Positions 1 through 9,353 of a stretch of DNA of 64,000 nucleotides are shown piece after piece. Location: positions 32,001 to 96,000 of the forward strand of contig JBMORA010000018.1 in the NCBI GenBank assembly GCA_049320885.1. Direction: 5' to 3'. Position 1 is the stretch's first letter. Every line of letters begins with the position of its first letter. The notes beneath the pieces are model-generated. The model was not told the DNA's origin, ran no database searches, and saw nothing but the letters and a program-made list of their open reading frames with translations. Source of the stretch: Thermodesulfobacteriota bacterium (GTDB lineage: Bacteria > Desulfobacterota > Desulfobacteria > Desulfobacterales > SURF-7). A program made the position numbers and the translations under genes.

Positions 1-741
1 CTTTTTGACTCCGATCAGCAACGGAACCTGAAAACTTGATGAGTACTCAGATACATGCTCGCCCCTATCGCCGAAATTTGTCGTCAGGGAAATTTTCGGG
101 TAAACAAAATATCGATTGGTTTTAACGATATATCGATTGAAGTATTTAAGCCAAGACGTATCAGGCCATGACGTAACGCGTTCTGGCAGGTCCGGTTCGG
201 GATAAATCTTGCCTGAATTCGTTTTATACCATTCAACAAATCCTTGCCACATTGTTTCGCTCCAAACCTGACCCCAGGATTGAGCGAATTGCAAGAAATA
301 GGCATCCGTGCCATCATCCGCCGGAATAAACGGCCGCGAACAGTTTACATTCCACAGATGGCTGTAAAGCGATATCCCGGCTATCTGATCCACAGTCGCA
401 TATTTACAAATAGCATTTTTCGCATACAAGTAAAAACTCGGTGAAACTATCAGATCGTCTTCTAAAACAGCCACGCTCCCATATTCAAAACTGAGATTTC
501 CGCATGCGATGATATGATTTCGAAGGCCAATCCTTTCTGCTTGGATTTTGATAATTTTTTCCCCAAAAGGCCAGTGATAATCATTCGCAATATCTACAAC
601 CCGCTGATTATCACTTTTATCCAGGCTGATGATCAGCGGCACTTTTTCATTATCATAGTCCGCCGTTGACAATGATTTCAGCAAACGTAAAAGTGACTTG
701 TCTCTGTTATATCCGACCGCAACAACAGCTATACTTGACAT
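1..741 (-). CDS. Glycosyltransferase, GT-A fold (GT2-like); partial, runs off the window start
   Basis: Manual translation, absent from the ORF track: ATG at 741 gives MSSIAVVAVGYNRDKSLLRLLKSL...VAVLEDDLIVSPSF...QSWGQ, open to position 1. N-terminal YNR motif, EDD (DxD-type) motif, polysaccharide cluster context. Confidence 0.85.
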   Translation of the reverse strand, partial: MSSIAVVAVGYNRDKSLLRLLKSLSTADYDNEKVPLIISLDKSDNQRVVDIANDYHWPFGEKIIKIQAERIGLRNHIIACGNLSFEYGSVAVLEDDLIVSPSFYLYAKNAICKYATVDQIAGISLYSHLWNVNCSRPFIPADDGTDAYFLQFAQSWGQVWSETMWQGFVEWYKTNSGKIYPEPDLPERVTSWPDTSWLKYFNRYIVKTNRYFVYPKISLTTNFGDRGEHVSEYSSSFQVPLLIGVKK

Positions 742-842
742 TTGTTTCACCTACCCGCATCAGCATAAGCAATGTCTTGATGCGATTATCAATTTTCTCT
801 ATTCGCCCACCTTGAAAAGCTGAAGGTGCTGTACAGGAAAAA

Positions 843-1532
843 TCACCGTTGGATAAGACCAATATTTTGGATGAATTTATCGATATCATCAAACAAGTGC
901 GCATTCTCTTGAAGCCAGTTTTTATCTTTATCCCACCACTTAAGCCTTAATAAAAATTCAATTTGTTCACTGCTGAATCGGTAACGTATCAGTCTTGCCG
1001 GCGCACCGCCATAAATTCCATAGGGCTCCACATTTTGGTTGAGTATGGATCCAGCTGCAATTATCGCCCCATCGCTGACCTTTATGCCGGGCATGATGAT
1101 TGTATTGGCACCAATCCAAACATCATTTCCAATAACTATCGATATTCCATTTTTTTCATCGAGATATTTTCCTTCGTCGAACAACTGTTCGCCAACATAG
1201 GTGAAGCCTGACTGTTTCTGTAATGAATAGAAACAGGGATGCGTGGAAACAAACATACTGGTTGGATGCAGGCCGCTAATTGTTTTGACTCCAGACGCAA
1301 TGGAAGTGTATCGACCGATTTCCGTCTTTACAATCACGCTGTCATCGCCAACATACGAGGCATAACCGATATGGCTGTCAAAGAACGTAACGCGATCCGT
1401 GAGTTTATTCATTCCTTCAAAGCTGACTTTCCAACCCACACGGCAATTATGTCCAAAACGGACGCCCTTTTGCCGATAGAATAGATTCTTTCTGATAAAC
1501 TTGGCTATATTCTTTGAAATGTTCATAATCAT
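843..1532 (-). CDS. CatB/Vat-related hexapeptide (LbH) O-acetyltransferase, probably modifying polysaccharide
   Basis: IGRYTSIA, IGNDVWIGANTIIMPGIKVSDGAIIAAGS, YGGAPARLIRYRF and LKWWD motifs. Confidence 0.88.
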   Translation of the reverse strand: MIMNISKNIAKFIRKNLFYRQKGVRFGHNCRVGWKVSFEGMNKLTDRVTFFDSHIGYASYVGDDSVIVKTEIGRYTSIASGVKTISGLHPTSMFVSTHPCFYSLQKQSGFTYVGEQLFDEGKYLDEKNGISIVIGNDVWIGANTIIMPGIKVSDGAIIAAGSILNQNVEPYGIYGGAPARLIRYRFSSEQIEFLLRLKWWDKDKNWLQENAHLFDDIDKFIQNIGLIQR

Positions 1533-1606
1533 GGATAATTCAATTTTGTTATCGATTTAGACCGCTGCTTGAATCTATCCGTCGAAAACTTTTCGAAAGG
1601 ATTGGA

Positions 1607-2911
1607 TCATGAAGGGGACTCGCTTTCTTTCGTTTGTCGATACAGGCTCAGCATGGTTATTGCGCTGTATGTAATTCCCCAGCTCTCCTTGAACATCCAA
1701 TTAATGACGCCGAAAAGAAACAACGCAACGATAAGCCTGCCATCCAACACCATTGTTGATTTCATCATTCCAATTTTCAGCATTGATACGAAGCAAATAA
1801 AAAGGACGATGATCAGCAATCCGAAGCCCACGACACCCTGGCCGGCAAGCACTTCCAAATAATAATTGTGCACTCGAGGAATCGGAGTGGAAACTCCTGT
1901 ATAAATAGATCGTGGAAGAATGTAGCAACTTCCAACACCGACAAACGGATTTTCTTTCCATTTTTTATAGGCATATTCGTATGCTTTTGTCCGGCCTGTC
2001 GACATCTCCGCAAATGTTTTGCCCGAACTTTGTTCAATTCTTTGCTGAATCAGTTTCGAAAAATAATCTTCCACACTTCCTGGTAACAACAGCAAGCTTG
2101 TCGATGAGAGCAACGCAAGGGTCAGCATCCACGCAATAAGTCGTTTAGAGACGTTTGGATACATAAAATACAAAAGGCACAACAACGTCGCCAGGAACCG
2201 GGTTCGAGAATTTCCCAGCACAAGCCCTGCGAAGGCAAGCATTCCATACCACATGATCATGCTCGATCTGACTTTTCGCCCGACGAATGCATACGCCAAA
2301 AAAATAAGGAACAAACCGGATTCCCAATAGATCGGAGGCGTATCGAGGATTCGCATGAGATGCAAATCATAAATTGAATTACCCAGAGCCAAAAAAAATA
2401 CCGCTGCTAAAACAACCAAAAGGTGAACTACGATAAACAATTGAAATGTCGCGTAAAGAAATTTTCGAATATCGTCCCGGGAACCAAGTGCGGCCGGCAT
2501 AAGGAAAAGGATCACAATCGACAATATACCGCGCTGATAAATCGGGTTCTGGGTGAACGTTATTGGAAGGCCATAAGGCACGGGATATAAAAGCGGACTG
2601 AAGAATGACCAAATGATGATAAAGGCTGATAGAATGATGACTATACGATAGCGAAAGCCCAAAATGGCGCTCAATATTTTTCGTACATACTTAATTACGA
2701 GAAACAATATTAACGGATAGCACGGATATAGCGTAACAATCGGTTTCCATGGCGCCGACCAGAGCAGCGTCGGGTAAAAGCACATCAAAGAAATCGCCAT
2801 GAGCGGCCGAAACTGAGCGATCAATAACAGCAGTGTGCTAAACGCCAACCAACCCCACAAAGAATTTGTCAATCTTATGAAATCAACATATTCATTGATG
2901 CTTAATTCCAC
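1607..2911 (-). CDS. O-antigen ligase / Wzy polymerase family membrane protein
   Basis: Multiple TM segments, with SRT, STGR...GVG and HNYYLEVLAGQGVVG (Wzy_C-like) motifs. Confidence 0.8.
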   Translation of the reverse strand: MELSINEYVDFIRLTNSLWGWLAFSTLLLLIAQFRPLMAISLMCFYPTLLWSAPWKPIVTLYPCYPLILFLVIKYVRKILSAILGFRYRIVIILSAFIIIWSFFSPLLYPVPYGLPITFTQNPIYQRGILSIVILFLMPAALGSRDDIRKFLYATFQLFIVVHLLVVLAAVFFLALGNSIYDLHLMRILDTPPIYWESGLFLIFLAYAFVGRKVRSSMIMWYGMLAFAGLVLGNSRTRFLATLLCLLYFMYPNVSKRLIAWMLTLALLSSTSLLLLPGSVEDYFSKLIQQRIEQSSGKTFAEMSTGRTKAYEYAYKKWKENPFVGVGSCYILPRSIYTGVSTPIPRVHNYYLEVLAGQGVVGFGLLIIVLFICFVSMLKIGMMKSTMVLDGRLIVALFLFGVINWMFKESWGITYSAITMLSLYRQTKESESPS

Positions 2912-2990
2912 GAAAGACTCCCAACTATCAATCAGCCTGACGTTACCCTTTTATGACCACTTTATTCGATGCCCCTAAAAACCGAACTTA

Positions 2991-4298
2991 TCATTGTTTT
3001 ACTATGCTGGAATCATACCAGGAAAAACAGTTGCTTATCAATACCGAAACCATTTTGCAACCAACTGATGTAATTACAATTTTCTGTAGTGTTACCGGCT
3101 CTGAGGCATTCGAATAGAGGAGTAAAATCAGCAAAAATAATACGAAACTCAATGCGATCGAAAATCCGAACTGTTTGGTTCGCTTTGCTATTATCAGAAG
3201 CTGTTTCGGCAGATCTATTATGGGAATCAATGCCAACCAGCAAAGACACCTTGCGATCGGAATGCTTTCAACATATTTGGGAAGTATAAATGTCACCAGC
3301 GGATCGACCAGCCAGTATGTAAGCAGAATCAACGGCAACATTACCACCGAACCCACTATGGTGCATTTTATGCAATACCGAAAACTTATCGACATGTTTT
3401 TACCAGACGAACCATACAGCATGGCAATCCGCGGATGAAATACCTGACTGATGGAAGTTGCAACAGCCGTGAGACCAGCGCATAATGACCCGGCAAAAAC
3501 AAACACGCCCAACGACTTTTCGCTCATCAGTTTTAGAATATAGGTCCGCTCGACAGCTCCCCAAAGACTGGTGGAAATGTACGTAAAAACCATCAGTGGA
3601 GCACCGAATGCGATCATCTTCCATAGTATTTCCATTTTACAGTATGGTCTGAGTCTGAGAGGTCTGTTTCTATGGGCATACAACATGGATATAACGTCTG
3701 GCAAGGAATAGCGGGCACATAAACCCACATAATTGAAAAAAGCCACCAAGGGAAGAAACAATAAGGAGGCCGCCGATGAAATAATCGACGCCTTCGACCA
3801 GGTGATGAATTCGCTGCTGTTGCGATAGGTGCTGCCGAGGTAAAACATATAGAGAGAAGTATTTGTAACGATTATCTGCGTTCCCCAGCCAAGTGCTGCA
3901 TTCCAGTCTTGATGAATGCATGCCCAAATGCAAGGAATGGCAAATACAGCCGCATGAACCCCACAAAGAAATTGGGTCCACCGCAACGCATTGGCGGCAT
4001 GCTGCAATGCAGTATCCCGCTCTCCTTTTCCGATATAGTATGGGTATTGTCTGGCAAGCGATGTAAAAACGCCTAAATGAAGAAAAAACATGTAACCGGG
4101 GAGAATGGTGAATTTTGTATAATATCCTAGTGTTTCAGGTCCGACAAAACGCCCCTGGATGATTCCGCCGATGAATCGAACCCCCACGCTTATCAATCCA
4201 CTCGCTGCAAGCGATGAAATCGAAATCATCACCTGCTGACGTGATTCGCTTCCCAGCAATCGTACGATGAAGTCGCGCCAGTATACTATCGGCCTCAT
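2991..4298 (-). CDS. wzx: Oligosaccharide flippase (Wzx/MOP family)
   Basis: 435 aa polytopic protein with ~12 hydrophobic segments and an RFVGPETLG motif typical of Wzx N-termini; cluster context. Confidence 0.78.
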   Translation of the reverse strand: MRPIVYWRDFIVRLLGSESRQQVMISISSLAASGLISVGVRFIGGIIQGRFVGPETLGYYTKFTILPGYMFFLHLGVFTSLARQYPYYIGKGERDTALQHAANALRWTQFLCGVHAAVFAIPCIWACIHQDWNAALGWGTQIIVTNTSLYMFYLGSTYRNSSEFITWSKASIISSAASLLFLPLVAFFNYVGLCARYSLPDVISMLYAHRNRPLRLRPYCKMEILWKMIAFGAPLMVFTYISTSLWGAVERTYILKLMSEKSLGVFVFAGSLCAGLTAVATSISQVFHPRIAMLYGSSGKNMSISFRYCIKCTIVGSVVMLPLILLTYWLVDPLVTFILPKYVESIPIARCLCWLALIPIIDLPKQLLIIAKRTKQFGFSIALSFVLFLLILLLYSNASEPVTLQKIVITSVGCKMVSVLISNCFSWYDSSIVKQ

Positions 4299-4355
4299 AA
4301 AATCCGTATCGTATATGTCGTTTTTTTCATGGATTTTTTTTCCTTATGCTTTTTT

Positions 4356-5567
4356 TCATTGGTCTGAACGTATTAATCCCCGACGTTTTGCTGCCGCGAT
4401 CACACGATGCGCAAAGCTAAGCGGAAGATAGCAAAATTTGTAATAGTTGTTGTAATCACCATTTTCAATCATAGCCAAAGCCAATTTTCGAAAAATCGGC
4501 CGCGGATAGATGGTGCCTCTAAGCCTGCCGACATTCTTGGACGCTGTAGCATATTCACTTTCCTTGGCGATGACATGCCTGGCCCGAATCAACTGCCCGA
4601 TGACATCCTTGCCTTTCCTTGTATTCGCGAAAACAACGGAATCTCCGCGTTGATCATGCCAATCTTCCGGTATTCCCCAAAAATCTCCAACGGTTATATC
4701 CCCTGATCTTGGAATTGATCCGAAACGGCAGCCGAAGCAGCTCTTTTGCAAAAATAAATGATACACCATTGCCGATCGAAACCATGTATCTTTTCCGCAT
4801 TCTATAAGATATTTATCCCCCGCCCTCGTGATGCCGCAGATCGTTTGAGAAGAAATCTCCTTATTCCGAAAGGAAAAAGACCCGAGTTGATTTCGTCCGC
4901 CGAATTTCCAATCCAAATAACTCCAAAACGATTTTAATGATGGTACCCCATGGCAGACCAAATCCATCAACAAGAGGTTTTTTCTTGCTTCGGTTGGAGC
5001 GATCAAATCTAGTCCCGCCACTTGGCATGGCGTCCCACAAAAAAGTATCGTCGTGCCGGCCTTGGCCAGATCAATGATCCCGCGATGAAACCGTTCATCA
5101 ATATAGCTTGGAATGTACTTGGACCCGCGCAATCTTGCAAGATTGTCCCAATTTCTGACCATGATATGCCGCGGCGTCCAATTGTCGCCCCATTCGCAAC
5201 CGCATACTGCCCCTGAATTGCTGAGAACATTCCGCGCCACTTCCGAAAAAACACCTCCAGACGAACTCGCCAGATGGATTTCCTCATCCGTGGACCATGC
5301 GGCATATATTTCAGAGACCTCGTTTCTTATACGGGGTCGTTCCATGGCTTCGATCACCGGGCAATACCGCAGACAGGCCATACAATCATTGCAGCGACCT
5401 TCCTGAAGCACCGGCCTGTAAAAACCTTCCTGATTGAGTTTCATCACGATCGCCGATTGGGGGCATGCATTCGCACAGGAAGCACATCCAGCACATTCAT
5501 CATCGCCGATGCGAGAAAAACAGGCCGGAACCCCCTCCATGGAAATAACGTGACTCTTTGTTTTCAT
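4356..5567 (-). CDS. FrhB/FdhB-like (F420 hydrogenase beta-subunit family) Fe-S protein with N-terminal 2x[4Fe-4S] ferredoxin domain
   Basis: CAGCASCANACP and CNDCMACLRYCP; SSSGG, GSKY, GTPCQ, CHGVPS and DITVGDFWG motifs. Confidence 0.88.
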   Translation of the reverse strand: MKTKSHVISMEGVPACFSRIGDDECAGCASCANACPQSAIVMKLNQEGFYRPVLQEGRCNDCMACLRYCPVIEAMERPRIRNEVSEIYAAWSTDEEIHLASSSGGVFSEVARNVLSNSGAVCGCEWGDNWTPRHIMVRNWDNLARLRGSKYIPSYIDERFHRGIIDLAKAGTTILFCGTPCQVAGLDLIAPTEARKNLLLMDLVCHGVPSLKSFWSYLDWKFGGRNQLGSFSFRNKEISSQTICGITRAGDKYLIECGKDTWFRSAMVYHLFLQKSCFGCRFGSIPRSGDITVGDFWGIPEDWHDQRGDSVVFANTRKGKDVIGQLIRARHVIAKESEYATASKNVGRLRGTIYPRPIFRKLALAMIENGDYNNYYKFCYLPLSFAHRVIAAAKRRGLIRSDQ

Positions 5568-6685
5568 CGGTTTCCCAGCGCGTCCACCAAGAATTGAATT
5601 GACCGGTCAATGCTGGCTTGAAGTTTTCGGTTCACGGTGCTGTACTGGATCGAATTTTTCAACATATCCCTCACGGCCCGGCCGCTGACATCCTCCAGTT
5701 GCCGATCAAGAAGCCCCGCTGTTTCCAACAGGCTGTATTGCCTCGAATTCGTGCCCGAATGGGGGACACCGAAAAAATTTTTTTGATATAACATTGAAAA
5801 GACGGTTCCATGGAATGAATTGGTGCAAACGATGGAGGCATTCTTAAACAGACCGAGAAACTCGCTGGGACCAGCGTCCAGAACCACCCGATCCGCAATC
5901 ATCAGCCATCGAAAATCAAAAACAAGCGGCAGAACGCAGACAATCGGAAGCCCCGTACTTCTTTTCACTTCATTCACCAGATTGAAAAAAGCGCGGTTTT
6001 TTCCCAATTCCATAGGGTATACAAGCACATATTCAGACGTAAAGGCTGGTAGCTGAACAATCGCCTCATAATCCTCTGCCAAAAGAAGCAGCGTGGGATC
6101 GACTACCTGTTCGGCTTTTCGTCCGGAGAGTTCAAATATGATTTCCTGGGCCCGCCGTTCTCTTACAGACAGGAAATGATACCGTCTTAGATACTCGCCA
6201 AGTATCTTGGCATGATGTTCCGGTATCCTACTGACTCCAAAACTGGGGGCATAGGAAATCAGACGGGATTGGTCGGGCGAAATAAAATTCAGGTGAAATG
6301 CCGCTCCGATTTTCTGGTCAAGATAATGCGGCCGCCAAACCTGATCGCTGCCAGTTATATAGGCATCAAACTTTGGAGGATCGGCATATAATCGTTCAAT
6401 GCTGTCATAGGAAGCCTCTGTCAGGGGGATCTGTTGTCGAATGAAATCCCGGAAGCGTCTGGTATGAAGCTTGTTTGCTCGCCAGCGACATAAATTGTAC
6501 AGATTCGTTATTCGTTCACCTGGATGCCTTGCCTTTCTGAAAAGCCGATTTGATCCAGGGTCGATATTACAGTCAATGGTCTTGCACTGATGGCCAAGCC
6601 GTCGCACTATCTTATTTAATGCGTATGCCTGAAGAATGGCGCCGTAGTTATTATGATTATGAATGGTTATAATACCGACGCGCAT
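5564..6685 (-). CDS. Polysaccharide pyruvyl transferase family protein
   Basis: NYGAILQAYAL, GSDQVW, SYAPSFG, SVRE, DPTLLL and TNSFHGTVFS motifs; 4-bp overlap with the FrhB-like gene. Confidence 0.9.
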   Translation of the reverse strand: MRVGIITIHNHNNYGAILQAYALNKIVRRLGHQCKTIDCNIDPGSNRLFRKARHPGERITNLYNLCRWRANKLHTRRFRDFIRQQIPLTEASYDSIERLYADPPKFDAYITGSDQVWRPHYLDQKIGAAFHLNFISPDQSRLISYAPSFGVSRIPEHHAKILGEYLRRYHFLSVRERRAQEIIFELSGRKAEQVVDPTLLLLAEDYEAIVQLPAFTSEYVLVYPMELGKNRAFFNLVNEVKRSTGLPIVCVLPLVFDFRWLMIADRVVLDAGPSEFLGLFKNASIVCTNSFHGTVFSMLYQKNFFGVPHSGTNSRQYSLLETAGLLDRQLEDVSGRAVRDMLKNSIQYSTVNRKLQASIDRSIQFLVDALGNR

Positions 6686-6846
6686 TCCGTCAGCTCCTTA
6701 TCGCCAATCCGCACTGTTCGATAGTTGATACACATATCAGCTCACATCGATGGCTCCATGTAAGCTCAACTCTTCGCCTTTTCAGTTCCATTTATCATGG
6801 ATGCCCGTTTCAGCCTGACCACATCAATATGGTGCTCTAAAAAATT

Positions 6847-7242
6847 CTACCAGATCGTGGAGATATAATTCGCCTCCGACAGATACGCATCGGCGGTCAC
6901 AAGTTTTGCCTTTTTTACAATAGCCGTAGCGGCAATAATTCTGTCGGCAATGTCAAGACCGGGCTTGAAAGGCAGACTGGCTGCCCGCATTGCGATGTCC
7001 GCCGTCAGGCCGCATAGTTCATACTTATTCGATTTTAATATTAAATCGATGAACTGCTCATATTCAATATTGATCGAAAGCATTTTGCTTTCAAACATCA
7101 AGGCGATTTCGATCATGGAGATTTCACAAAAAATAATGCCATCCTTTTTATTGGCTTTGGTGATCTCAGTTTTAGCTCTTGCTGAAAGCATCTCCGGCTT
7201 CAATGCATCCCAGATAATCGCATGTGTGTCCAGGATGATCAT
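6847..7242 (-). CDS. vapC: PIN-domain toxin, VapC family
   Basis: MIILDTHAIIW start, EI, D..DRIIAATA and LVTAD acidic motifs; 131 aa; ATGA overlap with the antitoxin. Confidence 0.88.
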   Translation of the reverse strand: MIILDTHAIIWDALKPEMLSARAKTEITKANKKDGIIFCEISMIEIALMFESKMLSINIEYEQFIDLILKSNKYELCGLTADIAMRAASLPFKPGLDIADRIIAATAIVKKAKLVTADAYLSEANYISTIW

Positions 7243-7469
7243 CGGGCACTTTCTCCATCTACTTCCTTCCTGTTAACGATATCCCCCACCGCTGCCCCCT
7301 CCCTCAGCTCCTTCAACGCCTCCCTTGCCGATTTCATATGATGTGATACCGGTGTCACGACAGCGATGGATTTGCCTCGCGAAGTAATTGTGATGCTTTC
7401 CCCACGCTCCACGCGCTTAAGAAATGCCAATAGATTTTCCCTGAATTTACTGACTCCTACATGTTCCAT
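7239..7469 (-). CDS. Phd/YefM-family antitoxin
   Basis: VGVSKFRENLLAFLKRVERGESITITSRGKSIAVVTP is a typical Phd fold; lies immediately upstream of the PIN gene. Confidence 0.88.
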   Translation of the reverse strand: MEHVGVSKFRENLLAFLKRVERGESITITSRGKSIAVVTPVSHHMKSAREALKELREGAAVGDIVNRKEVDGESAR

Positions 7470-7491
7470 TTTCGATTTTCAACTTGAGCGC

Positions 7492-7512
7492 ATTATACCA
7501 GGAAGCTGGTAT
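7492..7512 (-). promoter_or_regulatory. Extended -10 promoter (TGgTATAAT) for the TA operon, overlapped by the inverted repeat ATACCAG-N4-CTGGTAT (candidate autorepression operator)
   Basis: TATAAT at 7497-7492 on the minus strand, preceded by TG; perfect 7-bp arms at 7495-7501 and 7506-7512. Confidence 0.6.
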
Positions 7513-7652
7513 GGATTTTTAACCGTTGAACTTGGAGTTTGAAGTTTCTATATAGCTCCGCCCCTTGACTTGCATCTTTAAAACAATATAATATATTGTA
7601 ATAATTTATAATTTATCATAACCATCGCGACCACCGCGAATGGATACGGTTC

Positions 7653-7838
7653 TCACAACCGTGTGAGAACTCCGCTAGGTAACGGTATGGGGCCGGTTAA
7701 TTCTGTACAAATGTCCATGTCCCGGCAGTCCGGGTTTTCAAAAAAGGGTTCAAAAAAATAAGCGAAAACAACCCTGGCGTTTTTTTCCAGAATGCGGTTT
7801 ACTTTGGCGAGATCAACGGCTTGGCCGGCAAGTTCCAT
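7653..7838 (-). pseudogene. Degenerate minimal nucleotidyltransferase (MNT/MntA-like) remnant
   Basis: ILEKNARVVFAYFFEPFFENPDCRDMDIC resembles the MNT pattern FAYLFGS...DxD, but GS is replaced by EP and the ORF stops after 61 aa. No HEPN partner seen. Confidence 0.5.
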
Positions 7839-8441
7839 ATTCACTATCGTTTTCTTCGCACCCGTTCGTGGCAGAAATAATTTGTACAATCTTATCGTAC
7901 AAATATAATAAAAAAGCAAGCTTTTTGTAATGGTTACAATTTTTTGTTAAAGTACCGCACGCGGCATGGGAAATCGCAGCCCATGCCGCACGTCCCATGC
8001 GCACAAATTGGTATTGATCGCATGGGATTGTTAGGATCGTGTTTTCTTCCTGTGCCGACAGGATAGTTTCGCATGCCAATGGTTCCGGCGAGCCAGCCGA
8101 TTAATCGGCAGGAAGGCAACCGATTGCAGGTTTGCCTTGACTATTCTGCAATGTATTGATGAAAACCGAACAGCATATGGATGGCGTTTCCGTGGTTTCC
8201 GCCTATCGATGGTCAGGGGAACTGAGTGCATAACCAACCCTTCATCCGGAATGAAGCGCAGGCCAGTTCCCATGAAACCGCTTGAAGGGCCGATTGGATA
8301 CAAGCTGCTGTAATTACGTTGCCCTTGACACACAAACGTCTTTGACATATTCTTGATTTTCACAACAACCGGGTCAGGCCGGACAGCACCGCACATCCAT
8401 CGGCAGGCATACGTTTTTTATCTGGATACGGGAGTTGCGTC

Positions 8442-9329
8442 TTGAAGATACTGATCATCGCCAATCCGATTGCCAGCGGGGGCGATGCGGGAAAGCGAGC
8501 CGAACGGCTTTCCGCCATCCTGGAACAGCGCGGGCATCGAACCGAACTGCATCTAACCCGATTCGCCGGCGATGGACGGCAGCGTGTGGCCCGGACCACC
8601 GGCGACGTCGACCGGATCGTCATCGTGGGCGGCGACGGCACCTTCAATGAAGTCCTCAACGGCATCCCGGAAGGGTGCTCCATCCCCGTGGCTCAATTGC
8701 CCACCGGCAACGCCAATCTCCTGGCCCATGATCTCGCCCTGCCGAAAGAACCCCTGGACACCGCGAATCTTCTGGAAAACGGCCGCATCCTGATGGCGGA
8801 TACAGCCAGGATGAACCGACACAAATTCATCATGATCGCCAGCGCCGGGTTTGACGCCAGGGTGACGGAAGAATTGAAAAAAGTCCGGACCGGAAGGGCA
8901 AGCAATTTCAGTTATATTCTCCCTGCTTTCCGGGCGCTTCGCAACAAGGAACGCACGTCTTTCACCGCTGTGGTGGATGACCGGGTGTTTGTCAAAGGGC
9001 AATGGGTGGTTGTTTGTAAAACCCGCAGTTACGGCGCCATCTGCGAGATGGCTTTCGACGCCGGGGTCGACACCGGCCTCTTGGATATCATCGTGCTGCC
9101 TTGGGAAAACGCCGGCGCTTTGCTGCTGTATTTCCTGCTGGCCAAATTCAGCCGCATCACCCGGCTGAGTCAGGTCAGCTACCTGAAAGGGAAAAAAGTC
9201 GCCATCACGGCCGATGCGCCCATTCCCATGGAGGTCGACGGCGATTTTGCCGGAAGATTTCCGGAAGTGATCATTGAAATCCTTCCGGGCTGCCTGCCCC
9301 TGATGGTGCCGCAGCACTATAACTATTGA
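8442..9329 (+). CDS. Diacylglycerol/lipid kinase family protein (YegS/DagK-like)
   Basis: IIANPIASG, VGGDGTFNEV, LPTGNANLLA, AGFDA and MEVDGD motifs. Confidence 0.92.
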   Translation: MKILIIANPIASGGDAGKRAERLSAILEQRGHRTELHLTRFAGDGRQRVARTTGDVDRIVIVGGDGTFNEVLNGIPEGCSIPVAQLPTGNANLLAHDLALPKEPLDTANLLENGRILMADTARMNRHKFIMIASAGFDARVTEELKKVRTGRASNFSYILPAFRALRNKERTSFTAVVDDRVFVKGQWVVVCKTRSYGAICEMAFDAGVDTGLLDIIVLPWENAGALLLYFLLAKFSRITRLSQVSYLKGKKVAITADAPIPMEVDGDFAGRFPEVIIEILPGCLPLMVPQHYNY

Positions 9330-9353
9330 ACACTGCCAATAAGGATACTGCAG

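Noticed and set aside
843..1532. Possible chloramphenicol/streptogramin resistance gene
   Set aside because: CatB-like fold, but it sits inside a glycan cluster, so O-acetylation is the simpler reading.
7813..8396. Short ORFs in the 7.8-8.4 kb intergenic region
   Set aside because: No motifs, mutually overlapping, no convincing RBS.
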